A stretch of DNA of 64,000 nt from an uncultured Acidobacteriota bacterium (GTDB lineage Bacteria > Acidobacteriota > Thermoanaerobaculia > Multivoradales > JAHEKO01): the NCBI GenBank assembly GCA_963713825.1, contig CAVQNG010000025.1, positions 352,001 through 416,000 of the forward strand, given 5' to 3'. A program made the translations under genes and the position numbers. The notes below the pieces were generated by a model, which made no database searches, was not told the origin of the DNA, and worked only from the letters and a program-made list of their open reading frames with translations. How positions within the stretch are numbered: position 1 is the stretch's first letter; each line of letters opens with the position of its first letter. This document shows positions 28,265 to 36,971 of the stretch, piece by piece.

Positions 28265-29532
28265 TGCGGTGGTACGACAAGACCCTCGGAATCGGACTTC
28301 TCCTGGGCCTGGCTCTGCAATCGCTGCCGGTGGCAGCTGATTTTCGCGATGACTACAAGCGGGGAATCGAGGCTCTAGAGCGCGGACAGTGGAGCCAGGC
28401 GGCCTCTCTCTTTCGCCAGGCCGCGGCCGAGAGACCGGACGAGAAGGCTCGTCTGTCCCGGTCTCCCTTCTCGAAGCGTTACTTGCCGCATTTCTACCTC
28501 GGAGAAGCGCTGCTCGAAACGGACGACTGCGAGGGTGCACTCACCGCCTGGGCGGAGTCGGAGAGACAGGGGGTCGTCACTCGTCTGCCCGAGTATCAGT
28601 CTCTGATCGATGGCCGGGATATCTGCCGGCGGCAAGCGGCAACGCGGTTCGACTCGCAGCGACGGGCCGAGGTAGAGATCTCCAATGCCGAGGCCGCGGC
28701 AAGACGAGTCGATCGACTGCAGACAGATCTGGGCCCGAACTGGCCGGGTGCGGCTTCGAGCTTGGGAGCCCAAGAGACCGACGCCGAGCAACGGTTGCGC
28801 GCAGCGCGAAGCCAGTTGACCGCAGCAGTAGCCTCTGAAGACCTCGACGGAATGCGTCAGTCCGCAGCCCTGGCCCGCGAGGCCAGGCAGTTGCTCGAGA
28901 CGGTAGAAAGGGAGGCCATCCAGCACCAGGCACAGCTCAGGCTTCAGCAGGGTGCTCTCATCGCAGAGGTGGGGAGGCTGACGGAGCAGGCTGAAACACA
29001 GGTGAGAGCGACCTCTCCGTTGAGACCCTACCCGCGAGAGTTGGGGCGGATTGTGGCAGAGGTTTCGGGACTGATCGAAGAGAGCCGGCAGGCCGGGCCG
29101 ACACAAGACCTGGACGACCTGAGTGACCTCCGGGCAGCGCTCGAAGATGCCATGGCCCGTCTGCAAGACGCTGCCGCACCGCCTCCTGCTGCGCTGGCTG
29201 AGGCGGCGGGACTATTCTTCGACGGCGACTATGAAGCAGCTTTGGAGCTGCTGGGCGGCCTCCAATCGGCGTCTCGCAAGGTCGCCCTCCAAGCACACAT
29301 CTTGCGAGCGGCGGCGAGCTTCACCCTCTATCAGCTGGGCGGCGGCGACGGTGCCGAGCTACTGGAGTCGGCGCAATCGGAGGTGGCGGCCTGTTTGGAG
29401 ATCGATGCGGCCAATCGACCACCTGCGGGCCCCTTCTCGCCCCGCTTCATCGAGTTCTTCGAGAGTCAGGCGGCTGCGAGCAACGATGAGACTACCGTTG
29501 CGGCAGGACCTGCCCCTGACGCCTCGGACTGA
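28261..29532 (+). CDS. Exported TPR/coiled-coil alpha-helical protein
   Basis: Signal peptide ending PVAA, TPR-like N- and C-terminal repeats and a long Ala/Glu/Gln/Arg helical middle. ATGA overlap with the kinase gene. Confidence 0.7.
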   Translation: MMRWYDKTLGIGLLLGLALQSLPVAADFRDDYKRGIEALERGQWSQAASLFRQAAAERPDEKARLSRSPFSKRYLPHFYLGEALLETDDCEGALTAWAESERQGVVTRLPEYQSLIDGRDICRRQAATRFDSQRRAEVEISNAEAAARRVDRLQTDLGPNWPGAASSLGAQETDAEQRLRAARSQLTAAVASEDLDGMRQSAALAREARQLLETVEREAIQHQAQLRLQQGALIAEVGRLTEQAETQVRATSPLRPYPRELGRIVAEVSGLIEESRQAGPTQDLDDLSDLRAALEDAMARLQDAAAPPPAALAEAAGLFFDGDYEAALELLGGLQSASRKVALQAHILRAAASFTLYQLGGGDGAELLESAQSEVAACLEIDAANRPPAGPFSPRFIEFFESQAAASNDETTVAAGPAPDASD

Positions 29533-29545
29533 GTCGAAGCTCAGA

Positions 29546-30307
29546 ATGGCTGAACAGGACCGACAGATACTGGATCGCGCACTTGCCGGGACCGTGAGCC
29601 TGCCGCCGAAGGCAACCCGAGCTGGACGGCAGCCGCAGAGGCCTGGCTGGGTCCAGAATTGGATGCAACTGACTGGCCTGTTGGTGGCCCTCGTGAGCCT
29701 CGGATGTGCAGCGGCACCCCATCGGGTCGATTCGGACGCTGCCACCGGCTTCGTGCTCTATCGATCCGGGCAGCTGAGCAGGGCGGAGCTGGCGCGACTC
29801 TGCGACGAAGGAGTCGAAGAGCTCGTGGTGCTGGATGGTGGGGCCGTGGGTCGGGAGTGCGAGATGCTTCGAGAGAGCTGTTCCAATCTACGCGTGCGCT
29901 ACAACTTCGCCCAGAATGAAAAGCACCCGGTGAGCCAGGAGTTCCTGGCGGCCTTCGATCAGTGGATCGAAGAGGGTCAGGCTGAGGGACGCAAGCTCGC
30001 CTATCGCTGTCGGCGCGGTTGGCATCGCGCCGGCCGGTTGACGGCGTACTACCAGATGCGATTCATGGGAGCCGGTGCCGAGGAGGCGATCGACGAAATG
30101 CAGGCGAGGGGTCGTTTCATGGCGTGGTTCCCCCAGCTGAATCCCCAGGTAGAAGCCTTGGGCCAGTTGGTGGCGGGGGAGCCCTGCACCGGGGGCGTCG
30201 AGGTGTGCCCGCAGTCGGTCGATCCGATCAGCGCGGGTCTCGATCCAACCGGGACGTTCTCCTTGAATATCTGTGCTGGGCATTCTGACTCGGAGGTGGT
30301 GCGATGA
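29546..30307 (+). CDS. Protein-tyrosine/dual-specificity phosphatase-like protein, putative lipoprotein
   Basis: LYRSGQ and CX5R loop CRRGWHR followed by AG. LVSLGC lipobox. Alternative start at 29663. Confidence 0.7.
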   Translation: MAEQDRQILDRALAGTVSLPPKATRAGRQPQRPGWVQNWMQLTGLLVALVSLGCAAAPHRVDSDAATGFVLYRSGQLSRAELARLCDEGVEELVVLDGGAVGRECEMLRESCSNLRVRYNFAQNEKHPVSQEFLAAFDQWIEEGQAEGRKLAYRCRRGWHRAGRLTAYYQMRFMGAGAEEAIDEMQARGRFMAWFPQLNPQVEALGQLVAGEPCTGGVEVCPQSVDPISAGLDPTGTFSLNICAGHSDSEVVR

Positions 30308-31020
30308 GCTCCGAATCCGCAGGCAGGCGTCGTCATCGTCGCTACGAAGTGGCCGGTCTGGGTGGACGACTGGTGGTACCCATGGAGGTTCGGGTCGTCA
30401 ATCTGAGTCTGGGTGGCATGGCACTCGAAACGAACGACTATCTCCAATTCGGACGCAGCTACAGTGTCAATCTCGACCACAATGGTCACCGGGTCACGCT
30501 TGTCGCCACGGTCGCCTGGTGCAAGCTGAGGCACACCAAGAAGAACTCCTCGGGTGACGTCGTGCCGGTATTTCGGGCCGGCCTGCGCTTTCAGGTGCTG
30601 AGTGGCGAGCGTTTACACGAGCTGTGGCAGATCATCAGGGACCATGCCGTGGTCGAGGTGGACGACAGTGTTTTCGGGCGCTTCGCACCGGAGCAGCCGC
30701 AAGTCGTCGAATTGGACAGCGACTACAAGTTCTCCGTTCGCAAGCTGAGCCTCTCGGGCATGCTCATCGAGACCGATTTCGTCCCTGAGCTGGAGGCGCG
30801 TCTGCCGCTGGAGGTACTACTCCCGGACAGCCCGATCGAAGCACTGGCGAGAGTCGCGAGCGTTCCCAATCTCGGGCGGCGGGCCAGAGGTGAGCCGACC
30901 CAGATCGGGGTGGAGTTCTGCGGCCTCGATTCGCAGCGTCGTTCGGAGTTGCGAGCCTACCTGGCCGGCTACCTGGACGAGGAGCCCACGGTTCCACCGC
31001 CTGCCGACCCCGAGCCCTAG
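30304..31020 (+). CDS. Tandem PilZ-domain protein
   Basis: RRHRR and NLSLGG in domain 1. KLSLSG and IGVEF in domain 2. Confidence 0.8.
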   Translation: MSSESAGRRRHRRYEVAGLGGRLVVPMEVRVVNLSLGGMALETNDYLQFGRSYSVNLDHNGHRVTLVATVAWCKLRHTKKNSSGDVVPVFRAGLRFQVLSGERLHELWQIIRDHAVVEVDDSVFGRFAPEQPQVVELDSDYKFSVRKLSLSGMLIETDFVPELEARLPLEVLLPDSPIEALARVASVPNLGRRARGEPTQIGVEFCGLDSQRRSELRAYLAGYLDEEPTVPPPADPEP

Positions 31021-31095
31021 ATGCCTCTGGGCTCTGTGGCCGGTCGCGATCGTCTTGAAGGTACGGAGCCTCTACGATCGATCCTCCGCCGTTGC

Positions 31096-32724
31096 TCAGG
31101 TCTCCACGACACCCCGAGGTGACCAGGCGTCGAGCGCGCTAGCCAATCCTTCTTCTTCTTGCTGCCACCGATCGTGATCCCAACCCTTGGCCTCCTCGAA
31201 GAGGGGTCGAAGGTGTGTCGCCAACTCCATCGCGAGCGCCGGTGACCAGAGCCCGACGCGGACTCGGCGCAGCAGCAGATCCTCGAGGTGGAGGACGCCT
31301 CCGTAGGCGAGATGAGCGCGGACCTCGGCGGCCGTCAGATCGGTGCCATCCATCAGTGGAGCGAGATCACTGTCTTCGCGGGCTCCTCGAATCGCCCACC
31401 AGGCAGTGCTTCGCAGCCGTCTCGCCATGCCATCGGCGACGCGAGGATCGATGGCCTGGCCCAGCTGCTGCAGTCGGTTGGCGAGATCCGCCGGCGCCAG
31501 ACCGAGGAGGGGAGTCCCCGAGGTGTAGCAGGGCGCGGCGGCGGTGGCGATCTCTTCAGGCAGCAGCAGCAGGGCCTCGTCTACGGCCTCCTCGGCCATG
31601 GCCCGCCAGGTGGTGAGCTTGCCGCCGGCGATGGACAGGACACCTTCCTCTTCCCACAGCTCTTCCTCGCGACTGGCCTCCGACGGTTTGTCGGTGTGGG
31701 TTCCGAGGATCGGTCGCAAGCCGGCGAACGAGGCGACGATGTCTTCTTCTGAGAAGCTCTTCTCGGGGAAGTGCGATTGCAGTGTCTGCAACAGGTACTG
31801 GAGCTCAGCCCTGGTGACGCGGGGGTCGTCCAGGCCCCCGTCGTGGTAGATGTCAGTGGTCCCTACGAGGACGCCCTCTGGATGGGGGATCAGGAACACC
31901 GGTCGACCGTCTTCGGGTGACGGTACTGTCAGGGCCGCCTTCAAGGGCAGGCGGTCTGGCGAGAGGATGATGTGGGAGCCTCGTGAGGGACGAAGCCGTG
32001 CACCCTCCATCCCCAGGATCTGCCGCATCTCATCCACCCAGACGCCGGTAGCGTTGATGACCAGGTGCGCTTCGATGCGATGGGTCTTACCGCTTTCGAG
32101 GTCCCGTACCAAGACCCCTCGCACTCGGCCAGTGGAATCCCGCACGGCATCCACGACCTGGGTCCTTGTCAGGGCTCGACCGCCGTAGGCGCAACCGGTT
32201 GCCGCCACCGCCAGGGTCAGCTGGGCATCATCGGTCAGCGCGTCGGTGTAGATCATCGCCCGCTCGAGACGGTCGGTGTCGAGGCCTGGAGCCAGTTCCT
32301 CGACCTCGGGGCGTTCGAGATGAGCGTGCTTGTCCGAGCGGTGGGTGAGGCGGTCGTACATCCAGAGTCCCAGATCGACAGTCCACCCGGGAATGCGGTC
32401 TCCATGACTTGCCGGGTAGATGAACCGCACAGGTCGGACTAGCAGCGGATTCAACGCCAGCATCCGGTCCCTTTCGCTGCAGGCCATCCTGGTGACCCGG
32501 AACTGCATCTCCTTCAAGTAACGAAGACCACCATGGATGAGCTTGGATGAGCGTGAGGAGGTGCCCGAGGCGAAGTCACCCTTCTCCAGGAGTAGAGGCC
32601 GCAACCCGCGCTGAGCGGCATCGAGCAGGATTCCGCAACCGGTGATCCCGCCGCCGATGATGATCAGATCGAAGGGCTCGTTCAACGCTTCGAGGGTGCG
32701 GCGGTGCCAGCCATCGGGGAACAT
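31096..32724 (-). CDS. glpD: FAD-dependent glycerol-3-phosphate dehydrogenase/oxidase
   Basis: GGGITG, DFASGTSSRSSKLIHGGLRYL, GTTD, AGLRP and GGKLTT. Confidence 0.9.
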   Translation of the reverse strand: MFPDGWHRRTLEALNEPFDLIIIGGGITGCGILLDAAQRGLRPLLLEKGDFASGTSSRSSKLIHGGLRYLKEMQFRVTRMACSERDRMLALNPLLVRPVRFIYPASHGDRIPGWTVDLGLWMYDRLTHRSDKHAHLERPEVEELAPGLDTDRLERAMIYTDALTDDAQLTLAVAATGCAYGGRALTRTQVVDAVRDSTGRVRGVLVRDLESGKTHRIEAHLVINATGVWVDEMRQILGMEGARLRPSRGSHIILSPDRLPLKAALTVPSPEDGRPVFLIPHPEGVLVGTTDIYHDGGLDDPRVTRAELQYLLQTLQSHFPEKSFSEEDIVASFAGLRPILGTHTDKPSEASREEELWEEEGVLSIAGGKLTTWRAMAEEAVDEALLLLPEEIATAAAPCYTSGTPLLGLAPADLANRLQQLGQAIDPRVADGMARRLRSTAWWAIRGAREDSDLAPLMDGTDLTAAEVRAHLAYGGVLHLEDLLLRRVRVGLWSPALAMELATHLRPLFEEAKGWDHDRWQQEEEGLASALDAWSPRGVVET

Positions 32725-32726
32725 GA

Positions 32727-34382
32727 TCAGGCCTCCAGTCGATCCTCTGGATCCAGCAATACCTGTGGATTGAGAATGCCTTCTGGGTCGACGGCTCGGG
32801 CAGCGGCAGCCAGGAGCCTATGTCCTGTGCTGCCAATCTCCTGGTCCAACCATGGGGCGTGCCAGCGGCCGACTCCATGATGGTGAGTAAGGGTACCGCC
32901 GGCCTTCAGCAGGGCCTCGGTGGCGCGACGCTTGAGATGGGCCCAGCGGCTGAGTGCTTCGTCGACGTCGGTCGGGCAGCGGAAGAAGAAGGTGAAGTAG
33001 AGCGAGGCACCATCCTGGTACGGATGCGACAGGTGGCACAGGACGCTGGTCGCCTCCTGCTCCTCCTGCAGTGCCGACTCGAGTGCCGCTCGAACGCCCT
33101 GAGCCAGGCTCGGTAGGGAAGACCAGGGAGCAGCAGTCTCGAGGGTGTCGGTCGCGATGCCCCGGTCGAGCAGGGAATCGCGCAGGTAGGGGTGGCGGAA
33201 CCGATCCTCGAGCCAGCGGCGTCCCGGTCGCCGTCCGAGAGCGACGGCTCCATGGCGCCGGAGGATGGCGGCTGCCCGATCGAGGCAGAGCTCGGTCTCA
33301 TCCACGCTGCCAGCAGCACCGCACAGTAGGAGGCATCCCGAGCCACGAATGCCACGCAAGCGAATCCAGCCCCGCAGCAGCGACGCGACGAGGGAGTGGC
33401 CGGCGAGCCCGGCTCGCAGGGCAACCTCGGTCTCCGGCTCGTCCGAGAGTCGAAGGAGTTGCAGGGGCAGGCGAGTCTGGGTCAGCTCCCTGACCGCCTC
33501 GAGCCCTACCTCCCAGCTGCGTAGGAGAAGGGCCTCCACATGCATGCACTCGGGCAGCGGGCTTACCCTGACCGTGGCCTGCGTCAGGACTCCGAAGCGC
33601 CCCTCGCTGCCCAGAAGGACTTGCCTCAGGTCGGGTCCTGCCGCAGTCGAGGGCATGGCTGCCAACTCCAGCCTGCCAGTGGGAGTCACCGCCTCGGTTC
33701 CGGCCAGGAGACGTTCGATGCCACCATTGGCGAGCGACTCCTGACCGGAGGCTCGCGTAGCGATCCAACCTCCGAGGGTCGAGAGCTCCCAAGATTGAGG
33801 AAAGTGACCCAGGGTGAGGCCGTAAGGCGCCAGCTGTGACTCGAGCTCGGGACCACGAACTCCAGCGCCGAAAGTGGCGAGGCGCGACTCGGAGTCGAGC
33901 CCTTCGAGTCCGGATAGTCCTTCCATGTCGAGAGAAAGGACCGGGTTCTGGCCCGGGAGCACGTTGACCGCTCCCGTTACCGAAGTGCCGCCTCCCCAGG
34001 GAATGATCCGAATTTCGTGCTGGCTGCATAGCTGCAGTGTTGGCTCGATCTCGGTTGCGGAGCCGGGGCGGGCTACGGCGTCGGGCAGGGCGGAGACAGC
34101 TCCTGCTCGGAGACGTAGAAGATCGGGCAACCCCTGACCTCGTGCATGAGCGAGCCGGTCGAGCGGCTCCAGAGATATCTGGCACGGGAGACGGGGGAGG
34201 GGTTGGGAATCGACCGGCAGAAAGCTCGAGGGGTCGAATCGCGGGTACGGTACCGTCTTTCCAAGTCTCTCCTCCAGCCACTGGAGGAGAGAGTCGGATG
34301 GAGGGAAGGACTCGCCTTCGAATCCCCAGCCTGCCAGACGACGACGTGGTGGGCCACTGCCCGCATCAGAGCTTGCCATCAC
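32727..34382 (-). CDS. Alkyl-dihydroxyacetonephosphate synthase-like FAD oxidoreductase
   Basis: PWGGGTSV, GHFPQSWELSTLGGW, GSEGRFG, CHLSH.Y.DGASLYFT and THHHGVG. Confidence 0.85.
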   Translation of the reverse strand: MMASSDAGSGPPRRRLAGWGFEGESFPPSDSLLQWLEERLGKTVPYPRFDPSSFLPVDSQPLPRLPCQISLEPLDRLAHARGQGLPDLLRLRAGAVSALPDAVARPGSATEIEPTLQLCSQHEIRIIPWGGGTSVTGAVNVLPGQNPVLSLDMEGLSGLEGLDSESRLATFGAGVRGPELESQLAPYGLTLGHFPQSWELSTLGGWIATRASGQESLANGGIERLLAGTEAVTPTGRLELAAMPSTAAGPDLRQVLLGSEGRFGVLTQATVRVSPLPECMHVEALLLRSWEVGLEAVRELTQTRLPLQLLRLSDEPETEVALRAGLAGHSLVASLLRGWIRLRGIRGSGCLLLCGAAGSVDETELCLDRAAAILRRHGAVALGRRPGRRWLEDRFRHPYLRDSLLDRGIATDTLETAAPWSSLPSLAQGVRAALESALQEEQEATSVLCHLSHPYQDGASLYFTFFFRCPTDVDEALSRWAHLKRRATEALLKAGGTLTHHHGVGRWHAPWLDQEIGSTGHRLLAAAARAVDPEGILNPQVLLDPEDRLEA

Positions 34383-34764
34383 CGAGAACTACTCTATCTG
34401 ATAGGGGTTGAGGCGTCCGGTCGTGCCTCCTGGACGATCTTTGTGGGCTTGGGGGTTGAACCGGCCGAACTGCGTCTCGGCCGGCCTTTGGGGCTTGGGT
34501 CCTGAACTGATGACTCTCATCTCGTGGAGGTCCGCACGGGCGGCTCGCAGGGGGACGGCGTCGGCTACTCGGACTGCGACGGCCAGGCCGCCACCTCGTC
34601 TCGTCATCGCGCCTGATCTGTTGTGCACTTTGATAGTCCTGGCGCCGCGCTCGACGAGGCGCCCCCTGTCGAGCCACCCGCACGAACTCTGGCACCAGTG
34701 GAGGCAAATGGGGGCCTAGGACGTAGGGGCGTAGAGGACGATTTCCAATGTCACAGAGGGGCAG

Positions 34765-34791
34765 GGTCGCGTACGAGGTCTCGCCACCTAC
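34765..34791 (-). repeat. GTAG-type REP-like palindrome
   Basis: Minus strand reads GTAGGTGGCG-AGACCTCGTA-CGCGACC: a GTAG tag plus a 7-bp stem with one mismatch. Confidence 0.45.
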
Positions 34792-34792
34792 A

Positions 34793-34876
34793 GAGGGGTT
34801 CGACGTGGGGACCTCCAGGGGGTTGGTTGCTGTGGAAGGGAGGATAGCCCCCTGGGGGCCCCACGTCGAACCCCTC
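34793..34876. repeat. Long imperfect inverted repeat (about 30-bp arms, 25-nt loop)
   Basis: GAGGGGTTCGACGTGGGGACCTCCAGGGGG ... CCCCCTGGGGGCCCCACGTCGAACCCCTC. Confidence 0.85.
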
Positions 34877-34932
34877 CGCAACGACCAGGCGTCTTTGGGC
34901 CCGAGCGCGCCTGCGAACCACCCGGATGGGCC

Positions 34933-35553
34933 TCATCTAGTTGACGGATTGTTGGGGCGCAGCGTTTCGAGGTAACGCTCGATGCCCAGGCGGCAGGCGG
35001 ACAGGACGTCGGTGCTCAGCTCGCACTTCGCCAGGCCGATGGACCCCTCCCAGGAGGCGACGATGAACGTGGCGGCGGATAGGGCGTCCACATCCTCTCG
35101 AACGGTCCCATTCCGCTGGCCTCTCTCCAGGAGCACTTGCAGCCCGTCGCGCCACTCCTGATAGATGGCGGAGAGCCTCTGACGGAAACCCTCATCGATA
35201 GCCGACATCTCCTGGCTCAAATTGTTGAGTGGACAGCCCAGTGCCAGCCTTTCGGGAGTGACTTCCTGCTCGGACTTCCGGGCCAAATCGATCAGGGCAT
35301 CGATGGGATCGGCGGCCTTCTCGACAGAATGGAGCCAACGGTCGAGGATCCAATCTCGGACTACCTGGTCGACCATTTCGTGACCCAACTCGGCCTTGCC
35401 TCCGAAATGGTGGTAGAGCGCGCCCTTGGTGACCCCGGCCCGAGTGAGGATGGCTGCCAGGTCCGCCGATCGAAACCCTTCCCGATGAGATACCCGAAAA
35501 ACGGCCTGGAGAAGCCGTTGCTTGGTAGTCGCGGGATCCCTTCTTGTAGCCAT
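34933..35553 (-). CDS. TetR/AcrR family transcriptional regulator
   Basis: HTH GVTKGALYHHF and C-terminal GCPLNNL typical of the YxaF/NemR-like group. Confidence 0.92.
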   Translation of the reverse strand: MATRRDPATTKQRLLQAVFRVSHREGFRSADLAAILTRAGVTKGALYHHFGGKAELGHEMVDQVVRDWILDRWLHSVEKAADPIDALIDLARKSEQEVTPERLALGCPLNNLSQEMSAIDEGFRQRLSAIYQEWRDGLQVLLERGQRNGTVREDVDALSAATFIVASWEGSIGLAKCELSTDVLSACRLGIERYLETLRPNNPSTR

Positions 35554-35611
35554 TGAATGGGTGATCTGAGGGTTCTAGGGTTCTGCACGCGATTTGGTCT
35601 TGAGCATTGTA

Positions 35612-35633
35612 ATACAAACCAACTGGTATGTAT
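35612..35633. promoter_or_regulatory. Putative TetR operator
   Basis: ATACAAACC-AACT-GGTATGTAT (8/9 inverted match), adjoining a minus-strand TACAAT -10 element upstream of tetR. Confidence 0.7.
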
Positions 35634-35728
35634 GTACGGTTCTGGGAATCCAAGCTGCTTGCGAGAACTTGGTAGTTCTGGCGCGCAACCCTGGACAGGC
35701 GCGAACTTGCTTGGCAACCGGGGCGAAT

Positions 35729-36481
35729 TCACCCCGATGGGGCGAGGGCCAGCACCAAGGCTGCGTAGGCCGACGCGGCAAGAATGAATGCGATGAGATC
35801 GGCCGAGCGATCGGTGTACGGCAGCTCGTTGCGGAGAATGTTCAAGATGGTGCCGCCGGCGATGAAGGCGAGCACCAGGGCCAACGCAGCGGGTGGTATG
35901 TCGAAGCGAGGTATGACTCCGATCAGCCAGCCTGCAAGAAGGCCTCCTGTAACCAACCACCTCCCCTTACGCTCGTATCGCTTGCCGTGGTGCTCGACCA
36001 AAGACCAATCGTTGGCCAGAAAGTGCAGGCCCATCGCCAGCGCGAACAACCAGAGGGGTTCCACGGCCTCGTCGCCCGGGCTGGCGACCGCATATCCAAT
36101 CGAAGCGTTGAGGACAGAGAAGGACAGAATGCTGAACCAGAAGGCTCCATTCCCTGTGATCTCTGGGGTCCCCGAACGACGGCCTTTGCGGCGCGAGTTT
36201 CTGGAAACGGTCTCCACGGCATAGAACATCGTCAGACCGACCATCGCGAGGATGTAGATGTGGTGCTGGAGTCCAGGCAGGAATCCTCGGTTGTCGATCA
36301 GGACCTGTCGTTTGGCGAGATCGGGGAGCAGATCCAGGAGGACCCAGCAAACGCTGATCCCAGCCGCGGCCGACAGGGCCCTCGGTTGCCACCGGCGCTC
36401 GAGGGACGCCACGGTTCCGGCGCTCACATGCACGGCGGCCAGCGCCGCGACTGTGATCAGGGAGGCAAGAACGGGATTCAA
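35729..36481 (-). CDS. Multi-pass membrane protein (ZIP-like)
   Basis: About 8 hydrophobic segments. AAGISV...LLPDL, LHF and ELP patterns. Confidence 0.6.
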   Translation of the reverse strand: MNPVLASLITVAALAAVHVSAGTVASLERRWQPRALSAAAGISVCWVLLDLLPDLAKRQVLIDNRGFLPGLQHHIYILAMVGLTMFYAVETVSRNSRRKGRRSGTPEITGNGAFWFSILSFSVLNASIGYAVASPGDEAVEPLWLFALAMGLHFLANDWSLVEHHGKRYERKGRWLVTGGLLAGWLIGVIPRFDIPPAALALVLAFIAGGTILNILRNELPYTDRSADLIAFILAASAYAALVLALAPSG

Positions 36482-36518
36482 TGGATGGACCTTCGCCAGC
36501 GCGGATCTGGGAACGATT

Positions 36519-36938
36519 TCAAGTCCCCATCACCTGCAAATGGATGCGCCGTGTTCTGGGCCGATTGTCGAAGTCGCAGAGCACGACCTGCTGCCAGGTC
36601 CCTGTCTCGAGCCGGCCCTCGGTCACCGGTAGGACCATCGAGGGTCCCAGCAAGGCCGCACGGACGTGGGAGTAACCGTTGCCGTCGCCCCATCTGAGGT
36701 TGTGGTCGTATTCGGCGTTGCGTGGCGCCAGTCGCTCGACTGCCTTCTTGAGATCACTGACAGCACCGCTCTCGAACTCGATGGTGGTCACGGAGGCGGT
36801 GGAGCCCGGCACGGCGACAAGCACCCAGCCGTCTTCGATGCCAGTGGATGCGAGGAAGCCCTGGACATCGCCTGTCAGATCCAGGATGTCGGTCTCCCCC
36901 GAGGTGCTTCGTTCCAGGACTGTCGTTTCGAGTCTCAT
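36519..36938 (-). CDS. yjbQ: YjbQ/UPF0047 family protein
   Basis: GSTAS, YDH...GDGNGYSHVRAAL.G and GTWQQV..CDFD. Confidence 0.88.
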   Translation of the reverse strand: MRLETTVLERSTSGETDILDLTGDVQGFLASTGIEDGWVLVAVPGSTASVTTIEFESGAVSDLKKAVERLAPRNAEYDHNLRWGDGNGYSHVRAALLGPSMVLPVTEGRLETGTWQQVVLCDFDNRPRTRRIHLQVMGT

Positions 36939-36971
36939 CGATCAAATCCTCCGATGCTCTGACACTTGGTC

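Noticed and set aside
34366-34975. Small ORFs in the tetR-ADPS gap
   Set aside because: They are Arg/Pro-rich translations of hairpin DNA with no RBS or family signal.
35697-35712. Sigma-54-like GG...TTGC promoter
   Set aside because: GG-GC spacing is 9 nt rather than 10, and no suitably oriented gene lies downstream.
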